IMG/VR virus record: IMGVR_UViG_3300042298_003052
Span: 64,001 to 128,000 of that record
Strand: one strand, 5' to 3'
Length of the DNA: 64,000 bases
From: a virus
Position 1 is the first letter of the stretch. Each line of letters begins with the position of its first letter. The notes beneath the pieces were generated by a model. It did no database searches. It had not been told where the DNA came from and saw only the letters and a program-made list of their open reading frames with translations. Positions 63,884 through 64,000 of the stretch are shown piece after piece. Made by a program: the position numbers and the translations under genes.

Positions 63884-64000
63884 ATGATTACGACTTCGTT
63901 TATTATCCTCAAGTATGCCTTGACGACCGGGCCTTTTATCGTAGGATCTGACTCTGACTATGATAAAGTTGAGTGCGGCACACATGATCAGAAGACCCAT
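63884..64000 (+). CDS. Hypothetical protein (partial, runs off window)
   Basis: AGGAG RBS, ATG 63884, open to the edge. Confidence 0.45.
   Translation, partial: MITTSFIILKYALTTGPFIVGSDSDYDKVECGTHDQKTH

Noticed and set aside
1-64000. Alternative genetic code, DGR/retron, integrase or transposase
   Set aside because: Genes tile densely under the standard code, and no reverse transcriptase, recombinase or transposase motifs were recognised.

Overview
This window is a 64-kb segment of a large tailed phage (siphovirus-type tail module) that infects a HIP1-containing cyanobacterium. The host call rests on abundant GCGATCGC/CGATCG, an nblA gene and a cyanobacterial-type tRNA(CAU). Bases 1-21 kb are a mainly minus-strand virion module: portal, prohead protease, major capsid, neck, major tail, frameshifting tail chaperone and a tape-measure gene that runs off the left edge. 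Bases 21-37 kb carry PhoH, NblA, 4 tRNAs, a primase-helicase with an origin-like region, SSB, a MurA+GT2 pair and a 2H phosphoesterase. Bases 37-64 kb are a plus-strand early/accessory region of small ORFs separated by repeated promoter cassettes. The most notable observations are: (1) the tape-measure ORF, absent from the supplied track, embeds a Ser-Asp-His alpha/beta-hydrolase and a protein-kinase-like domain; (2) the early cassettes carry four perfect CRP boxes at class-II spacing, a second dyad overlapping nine -35 boxes, a conserved 5' pseudoknot and a hairpin whose spacer is inverted between copies; (3) a phage-borne MurA-glycosyltransferase pair; (4) a DUF2945/DUF3140-like fusion to an apparently dead prohead-protease paralog beside the portal. 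No terminase, integrase, DNA polymerase or CRISPR array was recognised. All family calls come from reading motifs by eye, not from database searches.
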